Origin: Oscillospiraceae bacterium
Lineage (GTDB): Bacteria > Bacillota > Clostridia > Oscillospirales > Ruminococcaceae
Direction of reading: 5' to 3'
Length of the DNA stretch: 64,000 bases
NCBI GenBank assembly: GCA_018434245.1
Contig: JAHDPQ010000003.1
Location: 10,972-74,971 of the forward strand
The notes under the pieces were generated by a model. The model saw only the letters and a list, made by a program, of their open reading frames with translations, was not told the DNA's origin and made no database searches. Position 1 is the first letter of the stretch. Every line of letters begins with the position of its first letter. Position numbers and translations under genes: made by a program. This document shows positions 1 through 8,671 of the stretch, piece by piece.

Positions 1-1610
1 TCCTGAGAGTAGACCACAGGGCCCAGCTTATCGGAAAATCCATAGCGAGTGATCATGGAGCGGGCGGTCTTGGTAGCCTGCTGCAAATCGCTGGAGGCTC
101 CGGTGGAGATGTCGTCCAAAATCAGCTGCTCTGCCACCCGGCCGCCCATGCTCACCACAATGTCTTCGAACATGCGGGTTTTGGTCACATACATGTGATC
201 CTTGGTGGGCTGGGGCATGGTGAAGCCTCCCGCCGGGCCTCGGGGCACAATGGTGACCTGATGCACCGGGTCCTGAGTGGGACAGTAGTAGAAGCATAGA
301 GCATGGCCCGCCTCGTGATAGGCCGTCAGCTTTCTGTCCTCGGCGGTGACCACCCTGCTCTTCTTTTCCGGGCCCATGGCCACCTTGATGTTGGCCTCTT
401 CAATCTCCCGCATGGTGATGGCTTTCAGGCCCTTACGGGCAGCCAGCAGAGCCGCCTCATTCATGAGGTTTTCCAGATCGGCACCGGTCCAGCCGGGAGT
501 GGTTCCCGCAATGGTTCTGAGATTGACATCGGGACCGATGGGCTTATTTTTGGAATGAACCCGCAGAATCTCCTCCCGGCCTCTGATGTCGGGGTATCCT
601 ACGGTAATCTGGCGGTCAAAACGGCCGGGGCGCATCAGAGCCGGGTCGAGAATATCCCGGCGGTTGGTGGCTGCCATAACGATGACGCCGGAGTTGGCAG
701 AAAATCCATCCATCTCCACCAGAAGCTGGTTGAGTGTCTGCTCCCGCTCATCGTGACCGCCGCCCAGGCCGGCTCCCCTCTGACGGCCCACTGCGTCGAT
801 TTCGTCGATGAACACCACGCTGGGCGCACTCTTCTTAGCCTGATCGAACAGGTCGCGGACACGGCTTGCGCCGACGCCCACAAACATCTCCACGAAGTCG
901 GAGCCGGAGATGGAGAAGAACTGGACCTCGGCCTCCCCCGCTACCGCCCGGGCCAGCAGGGTTTTACCGGTTCCGGGAGGGCCCATCAGGATGACACCCT
1001 TGGGAATCCGTGCTCCCAGAGCGTTAAACTTGGCAGGATTTTTAAGGAAGTCGACGATTTCGATCAGCTCTTCTTTTTCCTCATCAGCTCCCGCCACATC
1101 GGCAAAGGTAACCCGCCTGCCCTCCTGCGCGGAGCGGGCCTTGGCCTTGCCAAAGCCTGCCACGTTGCCTCCGCCCCGGGACTGGCGCATCATCAGCACC
1201 CAGAAAAGCACCATCAGCCCCACCAGAAGCAGGGTGGGCAGCAAGGTAACCCACCAGGGCATTTCCTGCGCGGGCTTGTAGGTTCCCTGAATGATATTGC
1301 CTGGATTCTCCAGGTTATACTCATCAATATAAGCCCGGGTGTCGTTCCAGAACATGGTGACACTGGGCACTTTGTAAAGAATGGGAAGATTTTCTACTTT
1401 CTCTCCATCCAGCTTGGCGATTTCCAAATCTCCGGTTCCCATATCCAAGGTGAACTCCCGCACCCGGTTTTGTTGGAAGTAGGAGACGATTTCGGTGTAG
1501 CTTTTGGATGGAGCACTGGAATCGAAGTTGAACATGGTCATTGCAAACAGCATGAGGGCTAGGAGCACGGCAAGATAGATGCCCAAACCCCTGTTACGCT
1601 TTGGTGGCAA
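1..1610 (-). CDS. ftsH: ATP-dependent zinc metalloprotease FtsH (3' end runs off the window start)
   Basis: Manual translation of the minus strand: TTG start at 1610 after an AAAGGGAG RBS, N-terminal TM ([17 protein letters not shown]), Walker A GPPGTGKT (~960-985), HEAGH zinc motif (~300-325). Missing from the ORF track because there is no stop in the window. Confidence 0.95.
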   Translation of the reverse strand, partial: MPPKRNRGLGIYLAVLLALMLFAMTMFNFDSSAPSKSYTEIVSYFQQNRVREFTLDMGTGDLEIAKLDGEKVENLPILYKVPSVTMFWNDTRAYIDEYNLENPGNIIQGTYKPAQEMPWWVTLLPTLLLVGLMVLFWVLMMRQSRGGGNVAGFGKAKARSAQEGRRVTFADVAGADEEKEELIEIVDFLKNPAKFNALGARIPKGVILMGPPGTGKTLLARAVAGEAEVQFFSISGSDFVEMFVGVGASRVRDLFDQAKKSAPSVVFIDEIDAVGRQRGAGLGGGHDEREQTLNQLLVEMDGFSANSGVIVMAATNRRDILDPALMRPGRFDRQITVGYPDIRGREEILRVHSKNKPIGPDVNLRTIAGTTPGWTGADLENLMNEAALLAARKGLKAITMREIEEANIKVAMGPEKKSRVVTAEDRKLTAYHEAGHALCFYYCPTQDPVHQVTIVPRGPAGGFTMPQPTKDHMYVTKTRMFEDIVVSMGGRVAEQLILDDISTGASSDLQQATKTARSMITRYGFSDKLGPVVYSQ

Positions 1611-1742
1611 TAGCTTCACTCCCTTTGTGGGTATTAAAAAACGCCGGCGATTAAGCTGCGCGGGATTTTTGGCCTAATTTAATTATTATGACGATGGTTG
1701 CGCTGGTTTGCTGGATTTTTGCGTCGATTGGCTGATATTTTA

Positions 1743-2285
1743 TCAGGCATCCCGACAGGCAGAAGGGTCCAGAATACCGACATAGGGCAGATTGCGGTAT
1801 TCTTCGTCGTAATCCAGTCCGTATCCCACCACAAACTCGTCGGGAATGACAAATCCGCAATAGTCGGGGACAATATCCACCTGCCGGCGCTCAGGCTTGT
1901 CCAGCAGGGTAATCAGCCGCATGCTGTTGGGACCTCTGCTTCCCAAAACCTCCCGCAGGTAGCTCAAGGTCATACCGCTGTCCAGAATGTCCTCCACAAT
2001 CAGCAGATCGTACCCTTCGATAGGATGATCCAGATCCTTGAGTATTTTAACCACACCGCTAGTTTTTACACCGCTTCCGTAGCTGGAAACCGACATAAAG
2101 TCAATCCGTGCCGGAATATCGATCGTTCGCATCAAATCGGCCATAAAAACTACCGATCCCTTGAGTACACTGACCATCAGCAGCTTTTTGTCCTTGTAAT
2201 CCTCGCTGATCTGCTTGCCCAGCTGGGCTACTTTTTGGTGGAGCGTTTCTTCGTCAATCAAAACCTTCAAGATATCCCCGGTCAT
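1743..2285 (-). CDS. hpt: Hypoxanthine phosphoribosyltransferase
   Basis: VLKGS and VEDILDSGMTL PRPP-binding motifs, FVVGYGLDY; tilS-hpt-ftsH synteny. Confidence 0.95.
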   Translation of the reverse strand: MTGDILKVLIDEETLHQKVAQLGKQISEDYKDKKLLMVSVLKGSVVFMADLMRTIDIPARIDFMSVSSYGSGVKTSGVVKILKDLDHPIEGYDLLIVEDILDSGMTLSYLREVLGSRGPNSMRLITLLDKPERRQVDIVPDYCGFVIPDEFVVGYGLDYDEEYRNLPYVGILDPSACRDA

Positions 2286-3657
2286 GGGTTCCCTCCGTTA
2301 CTTCTATGATCAAAATTCTTTTTGTTTCATCACCGACAGCCGCGCTTTCGTCGGGGCCGATGCCCTCTACCCAGAGAGCCTTGCCACCGCATTCCAGCAC
2401 CACCCGCCGCGTCCGCTCCGGAGCAGGCACCCCTGCTTCCTGAAACAGGTTTTTGAGGGTTTTGGAACACCCCCGCCCCGGTAGTCGCAGCCGATCCGAT
2501 GGCAAACGCTGCCGTAAGGTTGTGATTTTACCTATTCTATCATAATCAAGACAATAGGTTAAGACCTTTTTATGAATAATTTGACTTTTTATCAATTTTT
2601 CCTTGGATTTTACCCGCAGTTTGACTTCTTTACCATAAGAAAGCATAATATCGGCACCTTGCTCCATCTCCTGGGACGTGACCTCCACCGAAAAAAACGG
2701 CTGGGGAAGGAGCACCTGCTCCAGCCAAAAAGCCTTGGTATCACACCGGAACATCACCTGGGCGGTCAGCTGTCGGGCACCTGTTCCCTTCTCAATCATC
2801 TGGGAAAGGCTTTGGACAGTAAGACTGTCCGCCTCCACTCCCCTTTGCCGCAGAAGCAGCACCAGCACCCGCCCTTTGATAGCCCGGGGCAATTCCAAAA
2901 AGCTGCTGCGGTCTATGACACCATTGGGACTGAGCAGGATTTCCAGCACTGTTTGGGCCTGCTCGTCCAGATAATCGGCGTCGTCCCGCAGGATATGGGA
3001 CATCCGGGCAAAGCTCTCCACCAGCCGGGGATTTTCCTGTTCCAGCAGGGGAAGAATGTGCCGCCGAATCCGGTTGCGGGTGTGGGCGTCGCTATGGTTG
3101 GTGGAATCGGTGACATAAAAAAGATCATGCTGGGCGCAGTAGGCTTCTATCTCCCCCCGGGTGCAGTGGATCAGGGGACGGATATATCTTCCCCGCACCG
3201 GTGCGATTCCCCCAAGGCCCCGCAAAGCAGTGCCCCGAATCAAATTGAGAAGCACCGTCTCGGCACTGTCGCTACTTGTGTGGGCGGTGGCTACTTTTGT
3301 CTGTCGTCCCCTTGCCTCCCCCTCGAAAAACTCGTACCGGCAGCGGCGGGCTGCAACCTCTAAGCTCTCCCCGGTTTGGGTGGCCTGTCCCGCCACATCG
3401 GCGGACTGAACCGTCAGGGGAATCTGCCAGTCCCGGCAAAGCTCCCGGACAAAGGCTTCGTCTGCGTCGCTTTCTTCCCCCCGCAGGTTGTGGTTGAGGT
3501 GGAGCGCCCTTAGTGTCAGCTTCCACTCCTGCGCCAGTCCCCGCAAAAAATGGAGCAGGGCCACAGAATCCGCTCCGCCGGACACGGCGACAAGCAGAAC
3601 TGCTCCCTGCGCAAACATGTTGTGCTGCTGTATGGCCTTTAAGGCTTTACTCCTCAT
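2254..3657 (-). CDS. tilS: tRNA(Ile)-lysidine synthetase
   Basis: PP-loop AVSGGADS, TAHTSSDSAET, RPLI, DSTN..TRNRIR. Start set at the ATG at 3657 overlapping the dnaB stop (ORF track start 3699). Confidence 0.93.
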   Translation of the reverse strand: MRSKALKAIQQHNMFAQGAVLLVAVSGGADSVALLHFLRGLAQEWKLTLRALHLNHNLRGEESDADEAFVRELCRDWQIPLTVQSADVAGQATQTGESLEVAARRCRYEFFEGEARGRQTKVATAHTSSDSAETVLLNLIRGTALRGLGGIAPVRGRYIRPLIHCTRGEIEAYCAQHDLFYVTDSTNHSDAHTRNRIRRHILPLLEQENPRLVESFARMSHILRDDADYLDEQAQTVLEILLSPNGVIDRSSFLELPRAIKGRVLVLLLRQRGVEADSLTVQSLSQMIEKGTGARQLTAQVMFRCDTKAFWLEQVLLPQPFFSVEVTSQEMEQGADIMLSYGKEVKLRVKSKEKLIKSQIIHKKVLTYCLDYDRIGKITTLRQRLPSDRLRLPGRGCSKTLKNLFQEAGVPAPERTRRVVLECGGKALWVEGIGPDESAAVGDETKRILIIEVTEGTHDRGYLEGFD

Positions 3658-5008
3658 CGCGATACATCTCCAGCCCGGAGAATTTGGTGTGCTCTCCATC
3701 CCAGCCTAGTTTGACGGTGCCGGTTTCTCCATGACGGTTTTTGGCTACAATACATTCGGCAATATTTTGCTCCCCGCTGTCCCGGTTGTAGTAGGCTTCC
3801 CGGTATAGAAAAAGCACCAGGTCGGCGTCCTGCTCGATGGAGCCAGATTCCCGCAGGTCGGAGAGCATGGGCCTGTGGTCGGCCCGGGATTCGGTCTGGC
3901 GGGAAAGCTGGGACAGCACAATTACCGGAACATTCAGCTCCTTGGCCATTACCTTGAGAGAACGGGTGATCTCACTGACCACTTGCACCCGGTTTTCTCC
4001 CCGGCCGCCTCCGCTCATCAGCTGGAGGTAGTCGATAATCACAAGGCCCAAATCCTTGACTCGGCGCAACCGGGCCTTCATCTCGTGGACGGTGATGGAG
4101 GCTGTGTCATCCACCAAAATAGGAGCCTTGGCCAACTCCTTGGAGGAGACCGCCAGGCGCACCCACTCCTCGGGAGCAAGCTCTCCCGTGCGCATTCTGG
4201 TTCCCTGCACCATGGCATCGCTGGAAAGAATCCGCTCCACCAGCTGTTCCCGGCTCATTTCCAAGGAGAACACGGCCACGGTTCTGCCCGCCTTCATGGC
4301 TACATTGGTGGCGATGTTGAGGGCAAAGGAAGTCTTACCCATGGCAGGACGGGCGGCCAGCAGAATCAGGTCGGATTTGTTGAGCCCTGTCATCATCCGG
4401 TCCAACATGCCAAAGCCGGTGGGAATTCCCAGATACTGATCCCGGTCATCCCCCGAAAGCTTTTGCAGCCGGTCGTAAATATCCAGCAGAATATCCCCGA
4501 TGGGAAGTAGCTTGGAGGAATGGCGGTCGGAGCGGATGTCAAAGATTCGCTGCTCCGCTCCATCGATAATGGTTTGTGCGCTCTCTCCCGAATCCCGGGA
4601 GTTTTCGATGATCTCGTGAGCGGCGGCAATCAAAGAGCGCAGGTAGCTTTTTTCCCGTACAATGTTGGCGTAGGCGTCCACATTGCGGGTGGAGGGGACA
4701 ATCTCCACCAGCTGGCTGAGATAGACCTTGGCGTCCGCCTCATCGGGAAAGACGTTTTCCCGGCACACCTGCTCCAGTACGGTGACAAAGTCCACCGGTT
4801 GGGCCGTGGTGAAAAGCTGCAGCATAATCTCAAAGATTTTTTGATGCTCTTCCCGATAGAAGTTGCCCGGGCGCAGGCTGTCCAGCACTACGCTCAGGCA
4901 TGAGGCATCTACCAGAACGGCTCCCAGCACGCTCTGCTCCGCTTCTAGGCTATAAGGCAGAGTCTGATCTAACAGATCGGTTGTCCGATCGGTAAACTGC
5001 TGTGACAC
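3647..5008 (-). CDS. dnaB: Replicative DNA helicase
   Basis: PYSLEAEQSVLG, AARPAMGKT Walker A, IIDYLQLM, DLRESGSIEQDAD; no intein. Confidence 0.96.
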   Translation of the reverse strand: MSQQFTDRTTDLLDQTLPYSLEAEQSVLGAVLVDASCLSVVLDSLRPGNFYREEHQKIFEIMLQLFTTAQPVDFVTVLEQVCRENVFPDEADAKVYLSQLVEIVPSTRNVDAYANIVREKSYLRSLIAAAHEIIENSRDSGESAQTIIDGAEQRIFDIRSDRHSSKLLPIGDILLDIYDRLQKLSGDDRDQYLGIPTGFGMLDRMMTGLNKSDLILLAARPAMGKTSFALNIATNVAMKAGRTVAVFSLEMSREQLVERILSSDAMVQGTRMRTGELAPEEWVRLAVSSKELAKAPILVDDTASITVHEMKARLRRVKDLGLVIIDYLQLMSGGGRGENRVQVVSEITRSLKVMAKELNVPVIVLSQLSRQTESRADHRPMLSDLRESGSIEQDADLVLFLYREAYYNRDSGEQNIAECIVAKNRHGETGTVKLGWDGEHTKFSGLEMYRDEE

Positions 5009-5116
5009 GGCTTATGCTCCCAAACTTTTGGATTGATGGCTATATTGCATTGCTAAAAGGCTTTTTAACTTTGGCTTCAAACCTTTCTGCACTTTCTGCA
5101 TGGATGATGCAGGCTT

Positions 5117-5560
5117 CTATTCGCCTACCTTGATGTTGATCTGAGCGGTGATTCCCGAATAGAGCTTGATATCGGCAGTGTAGTCCCCGTGGGCCTTGAT
5201 TTCACCCTTCATGGAAATCTTGCGTCGATCCACGTCGATATCAAAATGCTTCTTAATTTCGGCGGAAAGCTCCTTGGAGGTGATGGAACCGAACAGCTTG
5301 CCGCTCTCTCCCGCCTTGGCGGAAATGTTCAGGGTTTTGCCGCTGAGTTTGTCGGCGATTTCCTGAGCAGCTGCCTGCTCCGTCTCTTTTTTGTGGGCCT
5401 TGCTGGCCTGTTGGGCCTCATATTCTGCCAGAGCCTGAGGGGTTGCCTGAATGGCCAGACCCCGCTTGAGTAAAAAGTTGCGGGCGTACCCGTCGGATAC
5501 GTTTACCAGCTCACCTTTCTTGCCGCTGCCCTGAACATCTTCTTGTAAAATAACTTGCAT
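5117..5560 (-). CDS. rplI: 50S ribosomal protein L9
   Basis: [34 protein letters not shown]; ATG at 5560 with RBS. Confidence 0.96.
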   Translation of the reverse strand: MQVILQEDVQGSGKKGELVNVSDGYARNFLLKRGLAIQATPQALAEYEAQQASKAHKKETEQAAAQEIADKLSGKTLNISAKAGESGKLFGSITSKELSAEIKKHFDIDVDRRKISMKGEIKAHGDYTADIKLYSGITAQINIKVGE

Positions 5561-5650
5561 GGAATCTCTTCCTTTCATAATATACTGCCACTTTGGAGCA
5601 ACATTTGCTCTCTGCGTAAGCGTTCTAATTCCATTCCCAGCCGGAACGTT

Positions 5651-7630
5651 TCAGCTGACCGGCTTGCGGACTTCGGCGTAGTAATCGTCAATGGCCTCCA
5701 TCAGTTTGCGACGCACTGTCTCCACGTCGGTGTTGGGGAACTGAGCCGCCGCCATGGTTTGGTGGCCGCCGCCCCCCAGCCGTTCCATAATCAGCTGGAC
5801 GTTGATGGCGCCGAGAGACCGGGCCGAGACATTGACCTCGCCTCCATAGACGAAGATGACAAAGGAGGCATCCATATTGGCGATGGTGGTCAACTCATCC
5901 GCCGCCTGAGGGGCCACCACCTTGACGCCCTCAAAGGTCTCGTCGGAGACGGCGATGGCGCAGCGCTGATAAATCTGGGCGGTGGCGATAAAGGAAGCCT
6001 TTTGCTGATAGGCTTCCATGGAGGAGGCAAACATCTTGCGCACCTCCACCGTATCGGCTCCCATCCGGCGCAGCCATGCGGCAGCCTCGAAGGTTCTCAC
6101 TCCGGTACGCAGCACAAAGTTCTTGGTATCCAGCATGATGCCGGACATCAGAGCCTCCGCCTCCACCCGTGTGAGGGTAGGACGGCTGGGGAAATATTGA
6201 AGCAGCTCCGCCACCATTTCGGCGGTGGAGGAGGCGTAGGGCTCGTGGTAAAAGATCACGGCATTGTCGATATGCCCCACCAACTTGCGGTGATGGTCGA
6301 TGACCACCACATGTTTGGCTGCCCGGTAAATGGCTTCCGACTCCACCACATGGGGCACATGAGTATCCAGAATGATAACCACTGTATGGGGGTTCACCAG
6401 CTCCAGAGCCGCCTCGGGAGATAAGAAATCGTCGTCGCTGTATCCTGCCTGCAGCAGCTTTTCGATGAGGGGCTTGACCAGATTTTTGTCCCGGTCTATG
6501 GCGATATGCACCGGCTTGTTCATGCTGCGCACTGCCTTAAACATGCCGATAGCCGCACCCATCGAGTCCAGGTCGGCAAAGCGGTGGCCCATCAGAATGA
6601 CGTTGGAGGCGCTTTCCATCAGCTCCGAAAGGGCATTGGCAATAATGCGGGTTTTTACCTTAGTTCGCTTCTCGATGGCCTTAGACATGCCCCCGTAAAA
6701 TTCGTAACCGTTGGCGGTTTTGACCGCCGCCTGATCTCCTCCCCGGCCCAGACACATATCCAGAGCCTGTCGGGCGCTTTGCTCGGCTTCGTATAAGCTG
6801 CCAGCTTCTCCGGCCACGCCGATGGAAAGGGTCGCCGACATCCGGTCTCCGGTGGAAAGGCTGCGGACCTTGTCCAATAGCTCGAATTTTCCCGCCAGCA
6901 TGTTGCGCACGCCTCGGGTTTCGATGATAGCGATGAACCGGTCCTTGGCAATTTTGGTGACAAAGCCATGGTGATCCACGATATATTGCTCCATGGCCTG
7001 TTCGATTTCGCTCATCAGCTGAGCCCGCTCGCTGTCCTTGTAATCCTGAATTAGCTCGTCATAGTTATCCACCATCACCAAAGCCACGCTGGGCTTGGTT
7101 TCGTGATACTCGTTGGCGTAGTATTTCAGGCTGGTGTTATCCACCAGATAGATCACCGAAGCAAGGCCTTCTTTGATCTCCACGGCGGCCACAAAGGCCG
7201 TATAGGAGCGGTTGCCATATTTTACATTGTAGCCCTCGGGGGGAGAGGAACCAGCAAAATCAATGCCGGGGAGTAAATCACCAATGTCTTCCCCCAGCAT
7301 TTCCCGGCCGCCGAACACCAGATCGGCACACAACTGGTTATACCATATGATTTCGCGCCCGCCCAAAACAGTGATAACCGGTGTGGGTAACTCAGTAAAA
7401 GCACCGCCCATGGCATACCGGACACTGTCTCCTACCTCTTCCAGCAAGTTTTTCATCCGCTGACTGAGGGTGTGCAGCATGATCAGAACCACGATGAACA
7501 CGACAATCACCATGGAGGCGTAAATCAAAAACAGCCTGCTGTCATAGAAAAAGGTGATGCCTGCCAAGGCAGCAGAAAGCAGCATCAAAGCCGCTACAAT
7601 GGGGGTAAAGAGTTTGAGTCGGTTCTGCAT
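5651..7630 (-). CDS. gdpP: DHH/DHHA1 c-di-AMP phosphodiesterase (GdpP/YybT family) with N-terminal TMs and a degenerate GGDEF-like domain
   Basis: Two N-terminal hydrophobic helices, RGGDQA, MGH..ADLDS, IDHH, GGGGH; position upstream of rplI-dnaB. Confidence 0.9.
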   Translation of the reverse strand: MQNRLKLFTPIVAALMLLSAALAGITFFYDSRLFLIYASMVIVVFIVVLIMLHTLSQRMKNLLEEVGDSVRYAMGGAFTELPTPVITVLGGREIIWYNQLCADLVFGGREMLGEDIGDLLPGIDFAGSSPPEGYNVKYGNRSYTAFVAAVEIKEGLASVIYLVDNTSLKYYANEYHETKPSVALVMVDNYDELIQDYKDSERAQLMSEIEQAMEQYIVDHHGFVTKIAKDRFIAIIETRGVRNMLAGKFELLDKVRSLSTGDRMSATLSIGVAGEAGSLYEAEQSARQALDMCLGRGGDQAAVKTANGYEFYGGMSKAIEKRTKVKTRIIANALSELMESASNVILMGHRFADLDSMGAAIGMFKAVRSMNKPVHIAIDRDKNLVKPLIEKLLQAGYSDDDFLSPEAALELVNPHTVVIILDTHVPHVVESEAIYRAAKHVVVIDHHRKLVGHIDNAVIFYHEPYASSTAEMVAELLQYFPSRPTLTRVEAEALMSGIMLDTKNFVLRTGVRTFEAAAWLRRMGADTVEVRKMFASSMEAYQQKASFIATAQIYQRCAIAVSDETFEGVKVVAPQAADELTTIANMDASFVIFVYGGEVNVSARSLGAINVQLIMERLGGGGHQTMAAAQFPNTDVETVRRKLMEAIDDYYAEVRKPVS

Positions 7631-7719
7631 ATTCGGCTCCTATCTGAACTCTAGGTCAATTGTATGGTTGCCCTTGGGTGGACGAGCCGTTCGCGGTTCA
7701 TAGGGCGGTGTAACTTAAA

Positions 7720-7748
7720 ATCATATCACTTGAATGCAAGCTTTGCAA
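7720..7748 (-). promoter_or_regulatory. SigA-type promoter for the gdpP-rplI-dnaB operon
   Basis: Minus strand TTGCAA-17 bp-TATGAT. Confidence 0.6.
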
Positions 7749-7764
7749 GGGTAAGACCGGAGGA

Positions 7765-8600
7765 GGGCATTTGGCAGCCTATGGCATGGATGTAGGCTTC
7801 ACGTGAATGCCCATTTTTCAGCGGCGGCTAAAGCAAAGGTTGTCGCTGCCGCGACGGGCGTTACTTTTCCCCACAGAAAAGTAACCAAAACGTGTATTAA
7901 GACCTATGCAGGGAGGCCTGGCCGGCCCCCCTCGCACCCCCCCGCGTCAAAGAAGCATCGTGCAAGGTTACCTTCTCCCGACTGTCCTCGCCTTAGGTGA
8001 GCGGGCCGTAAACGTCGCTTCGCGACAACGGCCACTGGAAGAAAGGGAACTGTAAAAGCGTCACATTTCTCCGCCGCTCGTCATCCTCGTCCCTCGGACT
8101 CCTCGCTGGGGCAAAGCAAAGGCACACATTGCTCTTTCCTTTTGTTCGCACCTACGTACCCAAGCATTGATGTCGCTGAGGAATACAACCCTCCAGCAAA
8201 CCTTTAACAGGAGTAGCATCTACAGCTTTGCAGCTACGGAACGCGGGGTTGCAAAGGGGTGTCAAACCCCTTTGAGAGGGGATTGGGGAAACTTCCCCAA
8301 CGGGAGTACAGAGGGCGGCGCCCTCTGGCGTGTTTTGCCTCCTTTTGCACGAACAAAAGGAGGGGCCCTGCCCCGGCCTGAGGGGCAAACTAACGCCGCG
8401 ATGTCCTTCGCGGAAGGAGAAGCCGCTTTGGAAACAGAAGAAGCCACTGCTTGGACAAAGCACGCTGCCGCAGCTTGAGCGGCAAGCGCGGCTACAATGC
8501 CCCCGGAGAAGCCGCTGTGTAGTAGAGGAAGCACAAGCACCCCCGCCGTGGCCTGAGGGGCAAACCGGGCTCATCCGCTTTTCGGATATTATACCATAGA
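7765..8600. repeat. Palindrome-rich non-coding element (REP/REPIN/MITE-like) with two inverted modules
   Basis: Hairpins at 7842-7855, 7860-7885, 8252-8274, 8283-8300, 8310-8326, 8338-8363; 16 bp direct repeat GGCCTGAGGGGCAAAC at 8375-8390 and 8550-8565; no convincing ORF. Confidence 0.55.
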
Positions 8601-8671
8601 ATTCCACTTCAGTACAGAGATAAAGGCAAAAAGAGGTTCCGGATGAGCAGCACCCGGAACCTTGTTTTGCC

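Noticed and set aside
303-1562. Long plus-strand ORF (419 aa) and many similar antisense ORFs across the window (e.g. 8807-9769, 12053-13504, 44507-46078, 51637-53400, 58157-59506)
   Set aside because: They lie exactly opposite well-supported genes, have no recognisable motifs or RBS, and are typical shadow ORFs of GC-rich coding DNA
8085-8115. GTCCC..CTCCTCGCTGG resembles part of the HDV ribozyme
   Set aside because: The P1/P2/P3 partners needed for the double pseudoknot could not be found
8152-8607. Overlapping short ORFs inside the palindromic element
   Set aside because: No motifs or RBS, and four overlapping frames; the hairpin pattern explains the region better
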